DNA of 64,000 bases from Hadesarchaea archaeon (GTDB taxonomy: Archaea; Hadarchaeota; Hadarchaeia; Hadarchaeales; Hadarchaeaceae): assembly GCA_029259175.1 (NCBI GenBank), contig JAPDJH010000001.1, positions 128,001-192,000 on the forward strand, written 5' to 3'. The position numbers and the translations under genes were made by a program. The notes beneath the pieces are model-generated. The model was not told the DNA's origin, searched no databases, and was given only the letters and a program-made list of their open reading frames with translations. Of the stretch, positions 46,475 through 57,214 are shown in pieces. Every line of letters starts with the position of its first letter. The first letter of the stretch is position 1.

Positions 46475-47644
46475 TCACGCGGCCCGTTTATAATTGTTTG
46501 AGCCCTCAGCAACTAGCTTGAGGATTTCCAAAACCAGATTTCCAGTGCGCTCCACCGATTTTGGTTTGAGTTTGTCAGGCAGGTCATCCGGAGTGTGAAG
46601 ATATCTGTAGCTTCGAAGCCTCGCGTTTGGAATGCCGAACATTCGGGCCCGTCGATCGGGATTGGGTGCGTCGTCGTCCATGGTGAGGGTCGAGGCCTGA
46701 TAGCCCCGCTTGCTGAAGGGCATGTGATCGTGGCGAGCGCGGGCCATCCACCACGGGCGGATTCCCACCCGCATTGATTGACCAGCGCGCGCGATAAGTT
46801 CGTTCAGCTTTCGAGAAGTCCGAAGCTTGAAAAACATGCCATTGCCTTCTACGTAATACGGCCTAGTCCCGTATCCAACGGTGTCGAGATTGAGAACCAG
46901 CGCATCGGATGGAACGAGGCGCGATTTTGCCAGATGTTTGCTCCCCGCTAGACCGTGCTCTTCGGCCCCCGTGAACACCACGTGAACACGCAAATTGGGG
47001 AAAGGCCGCTCCACGAGAGCGGCAGCAATCGTCAACAAGACTGCAACACCTGAAGCGTTGTCGTTCGCCCCCGGAGAGGGTCGAGATTTGAAAACCAGCG
47101 ATTCTACGAGCAGCGTGCCCGCCAGCAGAACACCACATCCCATCACAATCCAAAGGGGTGCGAAAGAGAAAATTCTCAATGCTACGCCGAGGGTGAAGAG
47201 CAGCAAAAACAGTGATCTCAGGTGGCGGATGAAACCGCGGGGACGCAACCACGCGCTATCGTAGTGTGCCATGAGCGCCACTGTCCGGGGGGCGCGGGGA
47301 TCTCCAATCGTGCTCACGATGTTTCGGCTTTTCCGTCGCGGCAGTAGGTGAGGCAGCCACCAGTTCGACAAAAGCGATGCGAGCCAGAGCACCGCACCGT
47401 GCAGAGGCGCTAGCAGGGGCTGAAGAACCGCTCCCAGCAGAAAAGCAAAAGAGCGAGCACGTGTGCGCATTCTAGCATCCACAAAGCTGAACTCTTGGAC
47501 TCGGAAGGAAACGCCTAGCGCTTTCAGTCTCTCGGTGATGTAGGTGGCTGCCAGGTCAGATCCGCGCGTGCCGGCGACTCTTGGCCCGATTTCGTAGGCG
47601 AGTTTGTCCAAATGCTCGAACGCCTGCGCTGTCTGGAATTCCAT
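46475..47644 (-). CDS. M28-family membrane aminopeptidase
   Basis: AHYDS, GANDNASG, GAEEHG, NLDTVG, HTPDD. Confidence 0.88.
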   Translation of the reverse strand: MEFQTAQAFEHLDKLAYEIGPRVAGTRGSDLAATYITERLKALGVSFRVQEFSFVDARMRTRARSFAFLLGAVLQPLLAPLHGAVLWLASLLSNWWLPHLLPRRKSRNIVSTIGDPRAPRTVALMAHYDSAWLRPRGFIRHLRSLFLLLFTLGVALRIFSFAPLWIVMGCGVLLAGTLLVESLVFKSRPSPGANDNASGVAVLLTIAAALVERPFPNLRVHVVFTGAEEHGLAGSKHLAKSRLVPSDALVLNLDTVGYGTRPYYVEGNGMFFKLRTSRKLNELIARAGQSMRVGIRPWWMARARHDHMPFSKRGYQASTLTMDDDAPNPDRRARMFGIPNARLRSYRYLHTPDDLPDKLKPKSVERTGNLVLEILKLVAEGSNNYKRAA

Positions 47645-47689
47645 CCGAACCCTTCGAATTTTATATCCGATACACAAAAAGTTTGAATT

Positions 47690-47774
47690 GCGGGGGTAGC
47701 CAAGCCAGGTCAACGGCGCCAGACTCAAGATCTGGTCCCGTAGGGGTTCGTGGGTTCGAATCCCACCCCCCGCA
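47690..47774 (+). tRNA. tRNA-Leu(CAA)
   Basis: Acceptor stem GCGGGGG/CCCCCGC; CCAGA-CTCAAGA-TCTGG; long variable arm; GGTTCGAATCC; TTTATAT promoter upstream. Confidence 0.96.
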
Positions 47775-47779
47775 CTAAT

Positions 47780-48140
47780 TTACCGGTAAAATTTGAGAAA
47801 GTTGATTTTTCGAGATTCCCGAGCCTAGCTCTTGTGGAACTACTTTGCAAAAGAAGTTTGACGGCTTTTTCTCTCCAGCAGCGGCGAGTGAAATCTACAG
47901 AAGCACGAAACAACCGTGAGCACGATTAAAGATCCTTCAGTTACAAACATCGCTGGCTCATTAGACCACCAGCAACTCGCCGTAGGGCACAACGCCTTCG
48001 TGCCTGCAATTTTGAGCTGGCGGAAGGCAGGGTTTTCCTAGTTCCCGCTGTATAGCGTGAGGTTTCCGAGTTCTCTTCGCTCGAGCAACCCTGCCTCGTG
48101 AAAAGTGCTCAAGTAGTGCTTGGCAGAACCTGGGCTACCA
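47780..48140 (-). pseudogene. Degraded wHTH-minimal nucleotidyltransferase (MNT) gene
   Basis: GSPGSAKHYLSTFHEAGLLERRELGNLTLYSGN*ENPAFRQLKIA (TAG at 48038-48040), followed by a frameshifted IVLxG remnant. Confidence 0.6.
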
Positions 48141-48147
48141 TAAAAAA

Positions 48148-48450
48148 TCAAGTAACACGCGGCCAGAACAAAATGGTTCTCTGCCGTCTCACTTTGGGCG
48201 GACGCCGGGCCCTGACCACCTTCCGAATCTTGAACCGTCCGTACACGACCTTCTCACGCCTGCGCAGCTTCTCTTTCCACCGCTCGTAGACCGAGACAGA
48301 AATCGGTATGAGGTTGCGCGCGAGATTTTCAATCGTGTAGGCCTGAAGCGCGTAGGACTTGCCAGTTCGCTTCGGATCGTCCAGCTCGCACTCCAAGTAA
48401 ATCACGTAGCCGCGGGGATCGTACAACTTGAAACGATGTTTTCTAGGCAT
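48148..48450 (-). CDS. Hypothetical basic protein
   Basis: MPRKHRFKLYDPRG...; no motif recognised. Confidence 0.55.
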   Translation of the reverse strand: MPRKHRFKLYDPRGYVIYLECELDDPKRTGKSYALQAYTIENLARNLIPISVSVYERWKEKLRRREKVVYGRFKIRKVVRARRPPKVRRQRTILFWPRVT

Positions 48451-48539
48451 TGTGACCATCCATTCATGCGATCCAATCCATTTAGCCGAAGCGGTGCGCG
48501 AGACACATATATTAGGGAACTGATTCTAGAGAGTGAAGG

Positions 48540-49559
48540 ATGCGAGAGATAGGAGTGGGAATCGCGGGTATGGGCTTTATGGCCCGCATGCACTCGCGCG
48601 CCCTGTCGAGAATACCAAACACCCGAGTCGTCGCCGCGTGGTCCAAGTTCCCCCACGAGCACGAGCGCTTCCGCGAGTTCACGCGCAAGCTCGGACTCGA
48701 GGTCTCCCGGTATTATGTGGATCTGAACCAGTTCTTGGAGGATCCAGAAATAGACGCCGTTATATGTGCAATCCCATGGAAGTTCATCTACCCAATCGCC
48801 CGCGAAATCATCCAGAACGGCAAGCCGGTGCTTTTGGAGTGCCCGCCCGGAGCCACCCCTGCAGAAATAGACAAACTGAACCGGCTGGCCCGAGCGCGCG
48901 GGGCGCCCGTGATGCCCGGGCACTGCTATCGCTTCGCCCCCTGCTTCAGAAAAGTCAAGGAGCTCATCTCCAAGCTGGGTCGGCCGGAACTCGTGAGCTT
49001 CCGGGAACTGGTGCCGGCGGCCAGCTTGGCGCGCCAGTGGGCTCCCGACTCCTGGATCTGGAAAAAAGAGCACGGTGGTCCCCTGCCGACCATGACCGTG
49101 TTCGCAATGGATCTCGCCCGGTGGCTCGCCGAATCCGAGGCAAGCACTCTCTATGCGTCGCTCTCGCTCTCACGCCTCAAATCCCTGAGAATCCTCGGCT
49201 ACGCAACAACCATCACCATACGGTTCAAAAACGGCACTGTGTGGAATTCGGAATTCACCAATCTGGTCAACGAGGCACGCGGTTCTCTAATGAACTTGGA
49301 AGTTATGAGCGAGAGATATGTTACACGTGTAACAAGCCCCGAACACGTCGAACTCTTCACCGAGAAAAAAAGAGAGTGGATGCTCGAACTGGAGCGCCCG
49401 GAGCGCTGGGGACACCAGGACCAGGATCTCCACTTCATCAACGACGTGGTCTCAAAAGGAAAACCCCCAGCCGTCACGTTAAAGGACGCAGAGAAAGCGT
49501 TCCGCCTCTCGCTCGCAGCTCTCCGCTCGGCTCGCCAAAACAGGCCGGTGCGTCTCTAG
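48540..49559 (+). CDS. Gfo/Idh/MocA oxidoreductase
   Basis: GIAGMGFMA, DPEIDAV, GKPVLLECP. Confidence 0.88.
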   Translation: MREIGVGIAGMGFMARMHSRALSRIPNTRVVAAWSKFPHEHERFREFTRKLGLEVSRYYVDLNQFLEDPEIDAVICAIPWKFIYPIAREIIQNGKPVLLECPPGATPAEIDKLNRLARARGAPVMPGHCYRFAPCFRKVKELISKLGRPELVSFRELVPAASLARQWAPDSWIWKKEHGGPLPTMTVFAMDLARWLAESEASTLYASLSLSRLKSLRILGYATTITIRFKNGTVWNSEFTNLVNEARGSLMNLEVMSERYVTRVTSPEHVELFTEKKREWMLELERPERWGHQDQDLHFINDVVSKGKPPAVTLKDAEKAFRLSLAALRSARQNRPVRL

Positions 49560-50456
49560 CTCGGCGGAGGTTTCGGCTTTTTCAGCAGAGCTGAAATCCG
49601 CTTGAGATAGCGTTCTTCCATCTTCCGGTCTTCCCAGGCCTTCTTCCACGCCCGCTTGAACTTGGAAAGCACGTCGGTCTCGGGTATCTGGAGCTTCAAG
49701 AGCTTTTTAGCAATCTTCCGCATCGCAACAGACGAAGGAGCTCGCGGATACGCGGCAGTCACCGGCAGATTGCGCTTGAAGGCATCGTCGAGCAACTCGT
49801 CGTATTCTATCATCCTGCTATCATCCCGAGCAGGGGCACCACTTCACTGGCATAATCCATCCACCCCTTCAAGTTGGGCAGCCCTATCGGAACCTTGTTG
49901 AGAACCGTGCCTATCGGCTTCAGCCCAAGCATGCCCTCCAAGCCTATCGATGTCTGCTTCGAAGAAAAGATTGAACCCACGTCCGGAGTAACTACAAAAA
50001 CAATCGCATCCGAAACCGCGGTAAGAATGAAGTGCTCAAAGGTCACTGATGGCGGTGTATCTATCACGATGTAGGAGAAATACTCACGAAGACGCTTCAT
50101 AACTGGTTCAAACCGCTTGACGGTGTCGCTCACGTATTTTATCACATTGCGAGTTTCTGGCGGCAGAAAACGCGCACCAGCCGGCAGAATTGAGAGCTGC
50201 GGATAGAGCCAGCGCCCACGCGATTTGAGCTGGCACCGATAAATCGCGTCCGCTAGATCGTACTTGCCCTTCAGCACTTGGGCAAACGTAATATCCGTTT
50301 TGGGGGTATCTTGAGCTCCACCATGCGAACGTAGATGTCGCCGTCGAACAGCAGAACTAAATCCGATTACAGCTTGCTCATCCAAGCCGAAATCCTCATC
50401 GCCACCGTCGACTTGCCGACTCCTCCCTTCGTTCCCAGAATCGATATCGCGGGCAT
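49556..50456 (-). pseudogene. MinD/ParA-family ATPase, disrupted
   Basis: GTKGGVGKST from ATG 50456; in-frame TAA at 50367-50369; frameshift near 50300; IVIDTPP; 11-nt tandem duplication at 49807-49826. Confidence 0.85.
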
Positions 50457-50603
50457 TTCACTTCAGCCCCTTCCCCTCCGGCTCGGTGCTGGGATCTGCA
50501 AACGCATGGGCGGTGCTCTCGTCACCTCTCTAGCCAGCTTGCCTGCTTTCCCCGCAATAAAACTTTTCTCACCACAGCCTCATCCTAGATCCATGCCACT
50601 CGA

Positions 50604-50799
50604 TTATTTCTTAAGCGCGATCTTATTCGACTGCAACAAGCAGTCGAACGCCACGCAGAAGGTCTGATGCCTGACCTTGCGCGGCAGATTTTTCCAAAGC
50701 TGTGTTTTCGCCGAATTCTCCGGAGTGCTCGCGCGCAAAGTTTTCGATCATCAGGAGGGTCTCCAGCGTAGGGGAACAGGATGCTCGCTCGGCCTCCAT
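50604..50799 (-). pseudogene. Frameshifted small archaeal wHTH-like gene
   Basis: SPTLETLLMIENFAREHSGEFG, frame change, then KTQLWKNLPRKVRHQTF...LLQSNKI. Confidence 0.5.
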
Positions 50800-50850
50800 C
50801 ATAGGTTCTTTGGAATTATATCAATTTATATACAATTCGGTCGAGAGGGG

Positions 50851-51453
50851 CTAGCGAGCGGACATGCGGACAAAATTCCGCAACATCTGCAGTCCGACCT
50901 TTCCACTCTTCTCCGGATGGAACTGGGTTCCCACTACCCTTTCGGTGGCGAGAACCGCCGGGACACGCGTTCCGTACTGGGTGGATGCCACGACGAGGGT
51001 ACTGTCCGCTGGCTCAACATAATAGGAATGAACGAAGTACACATACGCTCCGTTCGAAACTCCTTCAAGAAAGGGGTGCTCACGCTCGATGGTGAGAGTG
51101 TTCCACCCCATGTGTGGTACCTTAACCCCCGCGGGCAGTTTGACAACTTTGCCGGCGAACACTCCCAAACCCTCCGATCCGCCTCCCTCCTCGCTCCAAT
51201 CCATGAAGAGTTGCAGCCCCAGGCACACACCCAAAACGAATTTGCCGTCTTCGATGCACTTCCTCATCAGCTCGCGGTCGATGCTCCGCATGGCGCTGGC
51301 ATGGGCGCCCACACCAGGCAGGACTACGATAGACGCTCGTCTGATATCTGCTGGGTCATCGGAAATCAGCACTCTTGCTCCGGCCATCTCCATGCCGCGC
51401 CTTATGCTGTGCAGATTTCCCACGCCGTAGTTCAGGATAACGGCCTCAACCAT
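50851..51453 (-). CDS. hisH: IGP synthase glutaminase subunit
   Basis: YGVGNL, LPGVG, GVCLG, VPHMGWN, QFHPEKS. Confidence 0.96.
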   Translation of the reverse strand: MVEAVILNYGVGNLHSIRRGMEMAGARVLISDDPADIRRASIVVLPGVGAHASAMRSIDRELMRKCIEDGKFVLGVCLGLQLFMDWSEEGGGSEGLGVFAGKVVKLPAGVKVPHMGWNTLTIEREHPFLEGVSNGAYVYFVHSYYVEPADSTLVVASTQYGTRVPAVLATERVVGTQFHPEKSGKVGLQMLRNFVRMSAR

Positions 51454-52211
51454 TACACTCTCACCGGGATCCCCCTCTCCGCCAAGTAGCGCTTAACGTC
51501 CATCACGGAATACATTCCGAAATGGAAGATGCTGGCCGCCAAAGCCGCGTCTGCATCCGTGTGTTTTAAAACTTGGAAGATGTGCTCCGGATTACCGGCC
51601 CCGCCCGAAGCGATCACCGGAATGCGCACGGCAGAACAGACCGCCTGGGTGAGTTCGAGATCGTATCCCTGTTGCGTACCATCCGCATCTATGCTGGTAA
51701 GGAGAATCTCTCCAGCTCCGAGCTCCTCCACCCTCTTCGCCCACCACACGGCGTCGATCCCCGTGGGCTTGCGACCCCCATAGGTGTACACTTCCCACTT
51801 CCCCTGCGCGATTCGCTTGGCATCGATGGCAATGACCACGCACTGACTCCCAAATCTGTCCGCCGCCTCTCGAACCAGCTCGGGTCGCTCGACCGCTGCC
51901 GTGTTTATACCAACTTTGTCGGCGCCCGAGTTCAGCATGCGCTCCATGTCTTGCAGAGAACGCACCCCCCCTCCGACCGTCAACGGAATGAAAAGCTGTT
52001 CAGCTGTCCGCTCAACCACATCGTACATGGTCTCGCGCCCTTCCGGCGATGCGCCCACATCGAGAAACACCACTTCATCAGCCCCCTGCTCCTCGTACAC
52101 GCGAGCGAGTTCCGCGGGATCTCCCGCGTCCCTCAAATTCCTGAACTTCACGCCCTTGACCACCCGACCGCGATTTACGTCCAGACACGGAATTATTCTC
52201 TTCGACAGCAT
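51453..52211 (-). CDS. hisF: IGP synthase cyclase subunit
   Basis: [35 protein letters not shown]. Confidence 0.97.
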   Translation of the reverse strand: MLSKRIIPCLDVNRGRVVKGVKFRNLRDAGDPAELARVYEEQGADEVVFLDVGASPEGRETMYDVVERTAEQLFIPLTVGGGVRSLQDMERMLNSGADKVGINTAAVERPELVREAADRFGSQCVVIAIDAKRIAQGKWEVYTYGGRKPTGIDAVWWAKRVEELGAGEILLTSIDADGTQQGYDLELTQAVCSAVRIPVIASGGAGNPEHIFQVLKHTDADAALAASIFHFGMYSVMDVKRYLAERGIPVRV

Positions 52212-52262
52212 GCAACTCACTGATTGGATATCGTGCCTCGGGGGTAAAAACGTAGTTCCGCT

Positions 52263-53873
52263 TTACTCCAGCAGAATCCGTTCGAGCACCTCGGTCTCGA
52301 TGCGCTCAAGAGGCGGGATGCCCGTAACAGCTGCCGCCCTCTCGTTCAGCGAAGCCAAATCCTCGCGCGAAATGAGGTGGAGCTTCCACTTTCGCACGCC
52401 AGCCATCAGCTGCTGTAAACCCACCCCAATCCGGTCACTCAGATAGGTGTAGAGACCGATCGCCGGAAAGGGTATGCGGTCGAAGCGCTCACCGTACTCC
52501 TCTTTCAACCGGGGGATGGTAACAAAAAACTGGTACGGATCAGTGCCGTACTGCTGGGCGAAATCCCGCGGGAGCTTGTTCTTGCCCGCCAGCTCTGTAA
52601 AATAGGCCGCCTTCATCACTGCTGTGAGCGGTGCGCGCGCCATGGTTATCGCTTTGACCAAGGGCCCATCGCCGAAGTTGCTCATGGCTATGCTCTTGAA
52701 GATTTGCGTTTCATTGATGAACCCCCCAGCCATGCTGATGTCGGGCACAAAGCACCCGTTTTCCTTCAGGATGCGAGCGCACCGGAGCACTTGAGCCTCC
52801 AAGTACACCGTGGGCGTGCCCATCTCGTTCATCATTGGGACGGGGCTCATGCCGGTCCCCCCGCCAGCCCCATCAAAGATGACGTAATCGACTTTGGCTT
52901 CGGAAGCCACCCTCATCGTCCAAGCAACGTCAGCGGGGCGATAAGATCCCGTCTTCAGACCGACTTTTTTCGCCCCCTGCTCCCTCAACCATTCAACGTC
53001 CTCAACGAAATCCCTTCTGTTCGGCATCCCCACCCTGCTGTGCCGCTCGAAGCTCTTGATCACCCCCGACTCGAACGCCCTCCTGACCACAGGACTTTCC
53101 GGGTCGGGAATCACGATGTACCCGCGCTTTTTGTACATCAGTGCTTTTTCCAGACTCGTGGTTCTTATCTCGCCTCCAATGGCCTTCGCTCCTTGGCCCC
53201 ACTTTCGCTCAATGACGTTCACTTCGAGTTTCGATATCGCATACACGTCAACCCCGCTCCGCTGATCCTCAACGTTCGTTTGGACTGCGATGTCTCCATA
53301 TTTTCCGTCCCAAAACTCCCTGTACTTGCTGACTCGGTACTCGAGATCCCGAGAGTAGGTCACCTTGCCCTTGCTGTACCTCGCCTCTGGATCTACTCCG
53401 CAAACGTTCTCACCCACCACGAGCATCACTCCCGCAAGGGCTGCGCCAATTGCCAGCCCATCCCAGTTAGTCCTCGCAACCGCGGTTGAGCCAAAAGCTC
53501 CGGTCACGATTGGAAGCTTGATCGGGATGCCGCCAAACTCCGACTCAGTGTTCACGTTTTCAAAAAACGCGACGTCTGGGTCGGCTTCGACTCCTTCTGC
53601 CCCCCGAAGCTTGGAGAGGATGGTAAAGTGGGACCAGTCAAGACCGTAGTCCTTCAAAGCCGCTGCCGTGCTTGCACCATAGTGTGCCTGATCGGGATAA
53701 AGAACCTCGCGACCGCGAAAAGCCGAGAGTCCGACCTCACACAGGAAGGGACACTCCTTCACGCAGATCGGGCACATCCCACTCGTGGGGCTGACGTCCT
53801 TCACCCGCGTTCTAGTCCCCGTGGTGGACTGGGCGTTGAGATAGGCCGAGTTGCGCGTGACCCGCTCAGTCAT
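52263..53873 (-). CDS. FMN-binding glutamate synthase family protein
   Basis: CPICVKEC..LCE, KWGQGAKAIGGE, DGAGGGTGMSP. Confidence 0.9.
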   Translation of the reverse strand: MTERVTRNSAYLNAQSTTGTRTRVKDVSPTSGMCPICVKECPFLCEVGLSAFRGREVLYPDQAHYGASTAAALKDYGLDWSHFTILSKLRGAEGVEADPDVAFFENVNTESEFGGIPIKLPIVTGAFGSTAVARTNWDGLAIGAALAGVMLVVGENVCGVDPEARYSKGKVTYSRDLEYRVSKYREFWDGKYGDIAVQTNVEDQRSGVDVYAISKLEVNVIERKWGQGAKAIGGEIRTTSLEKALMYKKRGYIVIPDPESPVVRRAFESGVIKSFERHSRVGMPNRRDFVEDVEWLREQGAKKVGLKTGSYRPADVAWTMRVASEAKVDYVIFDGAGGGTGMSPVPMMNEMGTPTVYLEAQVLRCARILKENGCFVPDISMAGGFINETQIFKSIAMSNFGDGPLVKAITMARAPLTAVMKAAYFTELAGKNKLPRDFAQQYGTDPYQFFVTIPRLKEEYGERFDRIPFPAIGLYTYLSDRIGVGLQQLMAGVRKWKLHLISREDLASLNERAAAVTGIPPLERIETEVLERILLE

Positions 53874-53970
53874 TCCACCACATCTGCGGATGTGTTTTTC
53901 CCTGCAAGCTCATCACCGTTTCGTACACTTTCTCCAAACCCAAAAGATAGGCAGGCAACTACATTTAACT

Positions 53971-54675
53971 CTAACGGATAAGGAGAGGAAGCAAATCGAG
54001 GAGTTCCCGAAGGCTCCCAATGGTGAAATCTGCCTGTTCTTCATCATGCCACTGGCGCCTGAACACGCGAACGGTGCGCATTCCCGCGGCCTTTCCTCCC
54101 CGGATGTCTGTGTAGGGCTTGTCGCCCACGACGACGCATTCAGGAGGAGATGCGCCCAGCTTGGATGCGGCGAGCAGAAATGGCTCCGGATCTGGTTTGG
54201 GCCTCGGGGTATCCTCTCCCGCAACCACGACAAAATCGAAGAACCGAAGAATCGGCATCGAAGCGATCCTGCTCCGCTTGAGACCCGGAGTTCCATCCGT
54301 GTCGGTGATAAGGGCAAGTTTGAAACCCCGGCGCCTCAGCTCTCGAAGGGTGGGCTCAGCATCCGGAAACGGCTGGTTGAGTTCGGTGAAAGTGGTCCAA
54401 TACAAGCGCGTGAGCTCGGAGAGCTGTGATGCGGAAAAGGGCGGAGCGCCCAAGCGCGAAGCCAGCTCCTGCCACCACTCGTCCCGATTGTAGCTGCGCT
54501 TGATACTTCGCTCAATCTCGATCCGCCAGAGTTCTGAGAGAACGCGGTCGCAGGAGAGACCGCGCGAAGAGAGAAACTGGGTCGCACGTCTGGCTACTGC
54601 CTCGATTGCCGCGCGGATCCCCCGCTCCGCATCAGTCAGGGTTTCATCCAGATCGAAAAGGAATGCACGGATCAT
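53971..54675 (-). CDS. HAD-family hydrolase
   Basis: FDLDETL, KPDP, VGDKPYTDI. Confidence 0.9.
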   Translation of the reverse strand: MIRAFLFDLDETLTDAERGIRAAIEAVARRATQFLSSRGLSCDRVLSELWRIEIERSIKRSYNRDEWWQELASRLGAPPFSASQLSELTRLYWTTFTELNQPFPDAEPTLRELRRRGFKLALITDTDGTPGLKRSRIASMPILRFFDFVVVAGEDTPRPKPDPEPFLLAASKLGASPPECVVVGDKPYTDIRGGKAAGMRTVRVFRRQWHDEEQADFTIGSLRELLDLLPLLIR

Positions 54676-55337
54676 GGAATTTCTCCCCGACCGCCGCAGA
54701 AGCGCGTGATGTAGTCGATCGTTAGCTCAGCTGTTTCGTGCAATTTTTCTTCTGAAATTCCAGGAACACCGCAGATCAGAAGGAGGACTTCCGTTGTCTG
54801 CTCGGTGACTTTCGTCTCGTTCGAGTCGCGATACGGATAGATGGCTATCAGCTTTCTGCTGTCGCTAACCACCGGCTCATTCCCTTTGAGAATCTCGGGT
54901 TCCAGCATCCCGATTCCACGAAACGTTTCTCCTGGACGCGCTCTCCTGAGCAACAGCTCCCCCTCAATCTTGTTATGATCAAACGCTCCGATAGCAATGC
55001 CCGTGCTGGCCGAAGCCAGATTGTATGCGTCGACCACCGTGTTTATCCGAGGGAAAGGTTTGCCCGCCACCACCCTTCGAAGCAGCGCCTCTCCGGAGGG
55101 GCGGGTCTTAGTGGGGTCTATGCCTATCCGCCAGTAGAAGTCCCGATAAGCTCGAAAAACGGGCTGGTTTTTAATCGAATCGAGCGAATAGCGCGACTTC
55201 AAGTCCCGAACCACCGACTGCTTAAACTCTTCGAGTTCCGGGCTTTCTTTCCGAACGGCGACTCCGTGCACGTGCGCCACCAGCGCTTTTAGCTCGGGAA
55301 AACGGCTCGCGAGCTCCGCTTCTACCTTCAGCCACAT
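54672..55337 (-). CDS. B3/B4 (PheT-like) tRNA-editing domain protein
   Basis: GIDPTKTRPSGEALLRR, INTVVDAYN. Confidence 0.88.
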   Translation of the reverse strand: MWLKVEAELASRFPELKALVAHVHGVAVRKESPELEEFKQSVVRDLKSRYSLDSIKNQPVFRAYRDFYWRIGIDPTKTRPSGEALLRRVVAGKPFPRINTVVDAYNLASASTGIAIGAFDHNKIEGELLLRRARPGETFRGIGMLEPEILKGNEPVVSDSRKLIAIYPYRDSNETKVTEQTTEVLLLICGVPGISEEKLHETAELTIDYITRFCGGRGEIP

Positions 55338-55386
55338 GAAATCCCTCTTTTCTTCACCCTGCGAGCTTTAATGGTGTTGTGGCTGG

Positions 55387-56217
55387 TCACCTCGATAGAT
55401 ATCGAACAGCCAAAAACGCCCCCAGCGCAAAAATCACAAGCGTGAAGGCTCCCAAAAAGACGAAATCGAGAACTAACGTGGAAACATCCATTTCGAACAC
55501 TGTGAGCTGTCGGATAGCGTCTGTAAAATAGCTAATCGGGTTAACCCGCGCAATCGTTTGAAGCCAAGAGGGCATCATTGAAAACGGAACGAAGACATTG
55601 CTGGCAAACATGAAAGGCAGGTTAACAAGGTTCACGAGGGCCATGGGGGTTTCAAACCTCGTGGCTCGCACAGCCATTGCAACAAAGATAGTGGACAGTC
55701 CCATGCTGAGCAAGCATATGGCAAGAATTATCGGCAATAGATTTAGAGGAGAAAAGGTGCTGCTGAAAGAGAGGCCTAGCATCGCTGCCACTCCCAAGAT
55801 TACAAACGCTTGAAAGAGCGATCGAACCGCTGCGTTAAGACCCTTGGCGATCACCACCGTTGCTCTAGACACCGGGGTGCTCAATACCTTGTCAAGAAAT
55901 CCGAGACGGCGATCCCACACTATGGACATCCCACCAAACATGCTCGTGAACATGATAGTGAACGAAATCATGCCTATGGCCATGTAGGAAAAATAGTCAG
56001 AAGTACCAAAAGTGGAACGCATTATCTGTTGGCCAAGATCGGGGGGCAAATTCGAAAGCATGGCCCCGAGATTCATGGCCTTGCCGAACAGCACCATCCA
56101 CACGATGGGTTGCACGATTGTCACGAGAAGAACTATCGGATTGTTGAACCACTTTTTGAGTTCTCGCTTCGTAAGCGTCCATGTGCCGTGAAGACGGTAG
56201 AAGCCAAAACCCCTCAC
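55387..56217 (-). CDS. ABC-2 type permease
   Basis: 6 TM helices, DRRLGFL, NPISY. Confidence 0.9.
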   Translation of the reverse strand: MRGFGFYRLHGTWTLTKRELKKWFNNPIVLLVTIVQPIVWMVLFGKAMNLGAMLSNLPPDLGQQIMRSTFGTSDYFSYMAIGMISFTIMFTSMFGGMSIVWDRRLGFLDKVLSTPVSRATVVIAKGLNAAVRSLFQAFVILGVAAMLGLSFSSTFSPLNLLPIILAICLLSMGLSTIFVAMAVRATRFETPMALVNLVNLPFMFASNVFVPFSMMPSWLQTIARVNPISYFTDAIRQLTVFEMDVSTLVLDFVFLGAFTLVIFALGAFLAVRYLSR

Positions 56218-57212
56218 GTCCTAGCCCTCCTGATCGTAACCAGCTGTCGGTGCACGTCGTCGGGTGATTTCTCCGCATCGCGGATGGAACGCCCAGTGAA
56301 CTCCAAATACACATCGTTCAGGGTTGGCTCGCTAAGGGACAGCTTGGTTACAGAAACACCGTGCTTCCTCAGAACCTCGATTATTCTGGGAGCGGTGAGA
56401 CGTCCAAGGGAAGCTTTAATCCGATAGGTCTCGTTCTGTCGGATGACCTCTTTGACGTTCTTCACTCGTTTGATGATTCGAGACACGTCAGCTCTGGTAT
56501 CGACAGAGAGAACAATGATATCGCCCCCAAGATTTTTCTTGAGATCTCCCGGACGGCCAATCACCAGAATCCGACCGCGGTCGATTATGGCAATGCGATC
56601 ACAAAGCGCATCAGCCTCCTCTAAATAATGAGTGGTCATGAAAATGGTTATCCCATATTCCCGCCTTAGTTTTCGGATGTACTCCCAAATGGTCGTTCTA
56701 GTCTGAACATCAAGCCCCAGCGTAGGTTCGTCGAGAAAAAGCACTTTGGGTCTGTTGATCAGCCCACACGCCAGCTCCAGTCGCCGCCGCATCCCTCCCG
56801 AATAGAATTCAACCGGTTTGTCCTTGAACCGGGAGAGATTCACCAGATCCAAGAGCTGTGCCGCTCGGCGCTTGGCAACTTCGCGTGGAATACCATAGAG
56901 GCTGGCGCACAGCATGACATTTTCATAACCGGTGAGATCTTCATCAGCAGTATATTCCTGCGGCACCACGCCGATAACTTGACGCACCATGGAATCCTCT
57001 TTGACCACGTCGTATCCAAAAACACTGGCGCGTCCTGACGTGGGTTTGAGAACCGTTGTCAGCATTTTAATAGTGGTGGTCTTGCCAGCGCCGTTTGGGC
57101 CGAGGAATCCAAAGATCTCACCAGCGCGAACCACGAACGAAACGCGGTCGACTGCAGTCAAACCATTGAACACTCTGGTCAACTTCTCTGCCACGATAAC
57201 ATTTTTAACCAT
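56214..57212 (-). CDS. DrrA-like ABC ATP-binding protein
   Basis: GPNGAGKTT, YSGGM, FLDEPT. Confidence 0.93.
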   Translation of the reverse strand: MVKNVIVAEKLTRVFNGLTAVDRVSFVVRAGEIFGFLGPNGAGKTTTIKMLTTVLKPTSGRASVFGYDVVKEDSMVRQVIGVVPQEYTADEDLTGYENVMLCASLYGIPREVAKRRAAQLLDLVNLSRFKDKPVEFYSGGMRRRLELACGLINRPKVLFLDEPTLGLDVQTRTTIWEYIRKLRREYGITIFMTTHYLEEADALCDRIAIIDRGRILVIGRPGDLKKNLGGDIIVLSVDTRADVSRIIKRVKNVKEVIRQNETYRIKASLGRLTAPRIIEVLRKHGVSVTKLSLSEPTLNDVYLEFTGRSIRDAEKSPDDVHRQLVTIRRART

Positions 57213-57214
57213 CC

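Noticed and set aside
47800-48150. Apparent large structured RNA after tRNA-Leu (AGGCAGGGTT/AACCCTGCCT stem; CAGAACCTGGGCTA resembles RNase P CR-V)
   Set aside because: No RNase P CR-I or SRP helix-8 motif is present, and the minus strand translates into a recognisable decayed wHTH-MNT gene. The stems are probably incidental.
48148-48150. TGA plus downstream hairpins as a selenocysteine/SECIS signal
   Set aside because: No GAA/A SECIS core and no redox motif in the protein.
48533-49594. 353-aa alternative-frame ORF and similar long shadow ORFs (e.g. 50677-51489, 52704-53489)
   Set aside because: They overlap well-supported genes, and their composition is typical of off-frame or antisense reading of GC-rich coding DNA.
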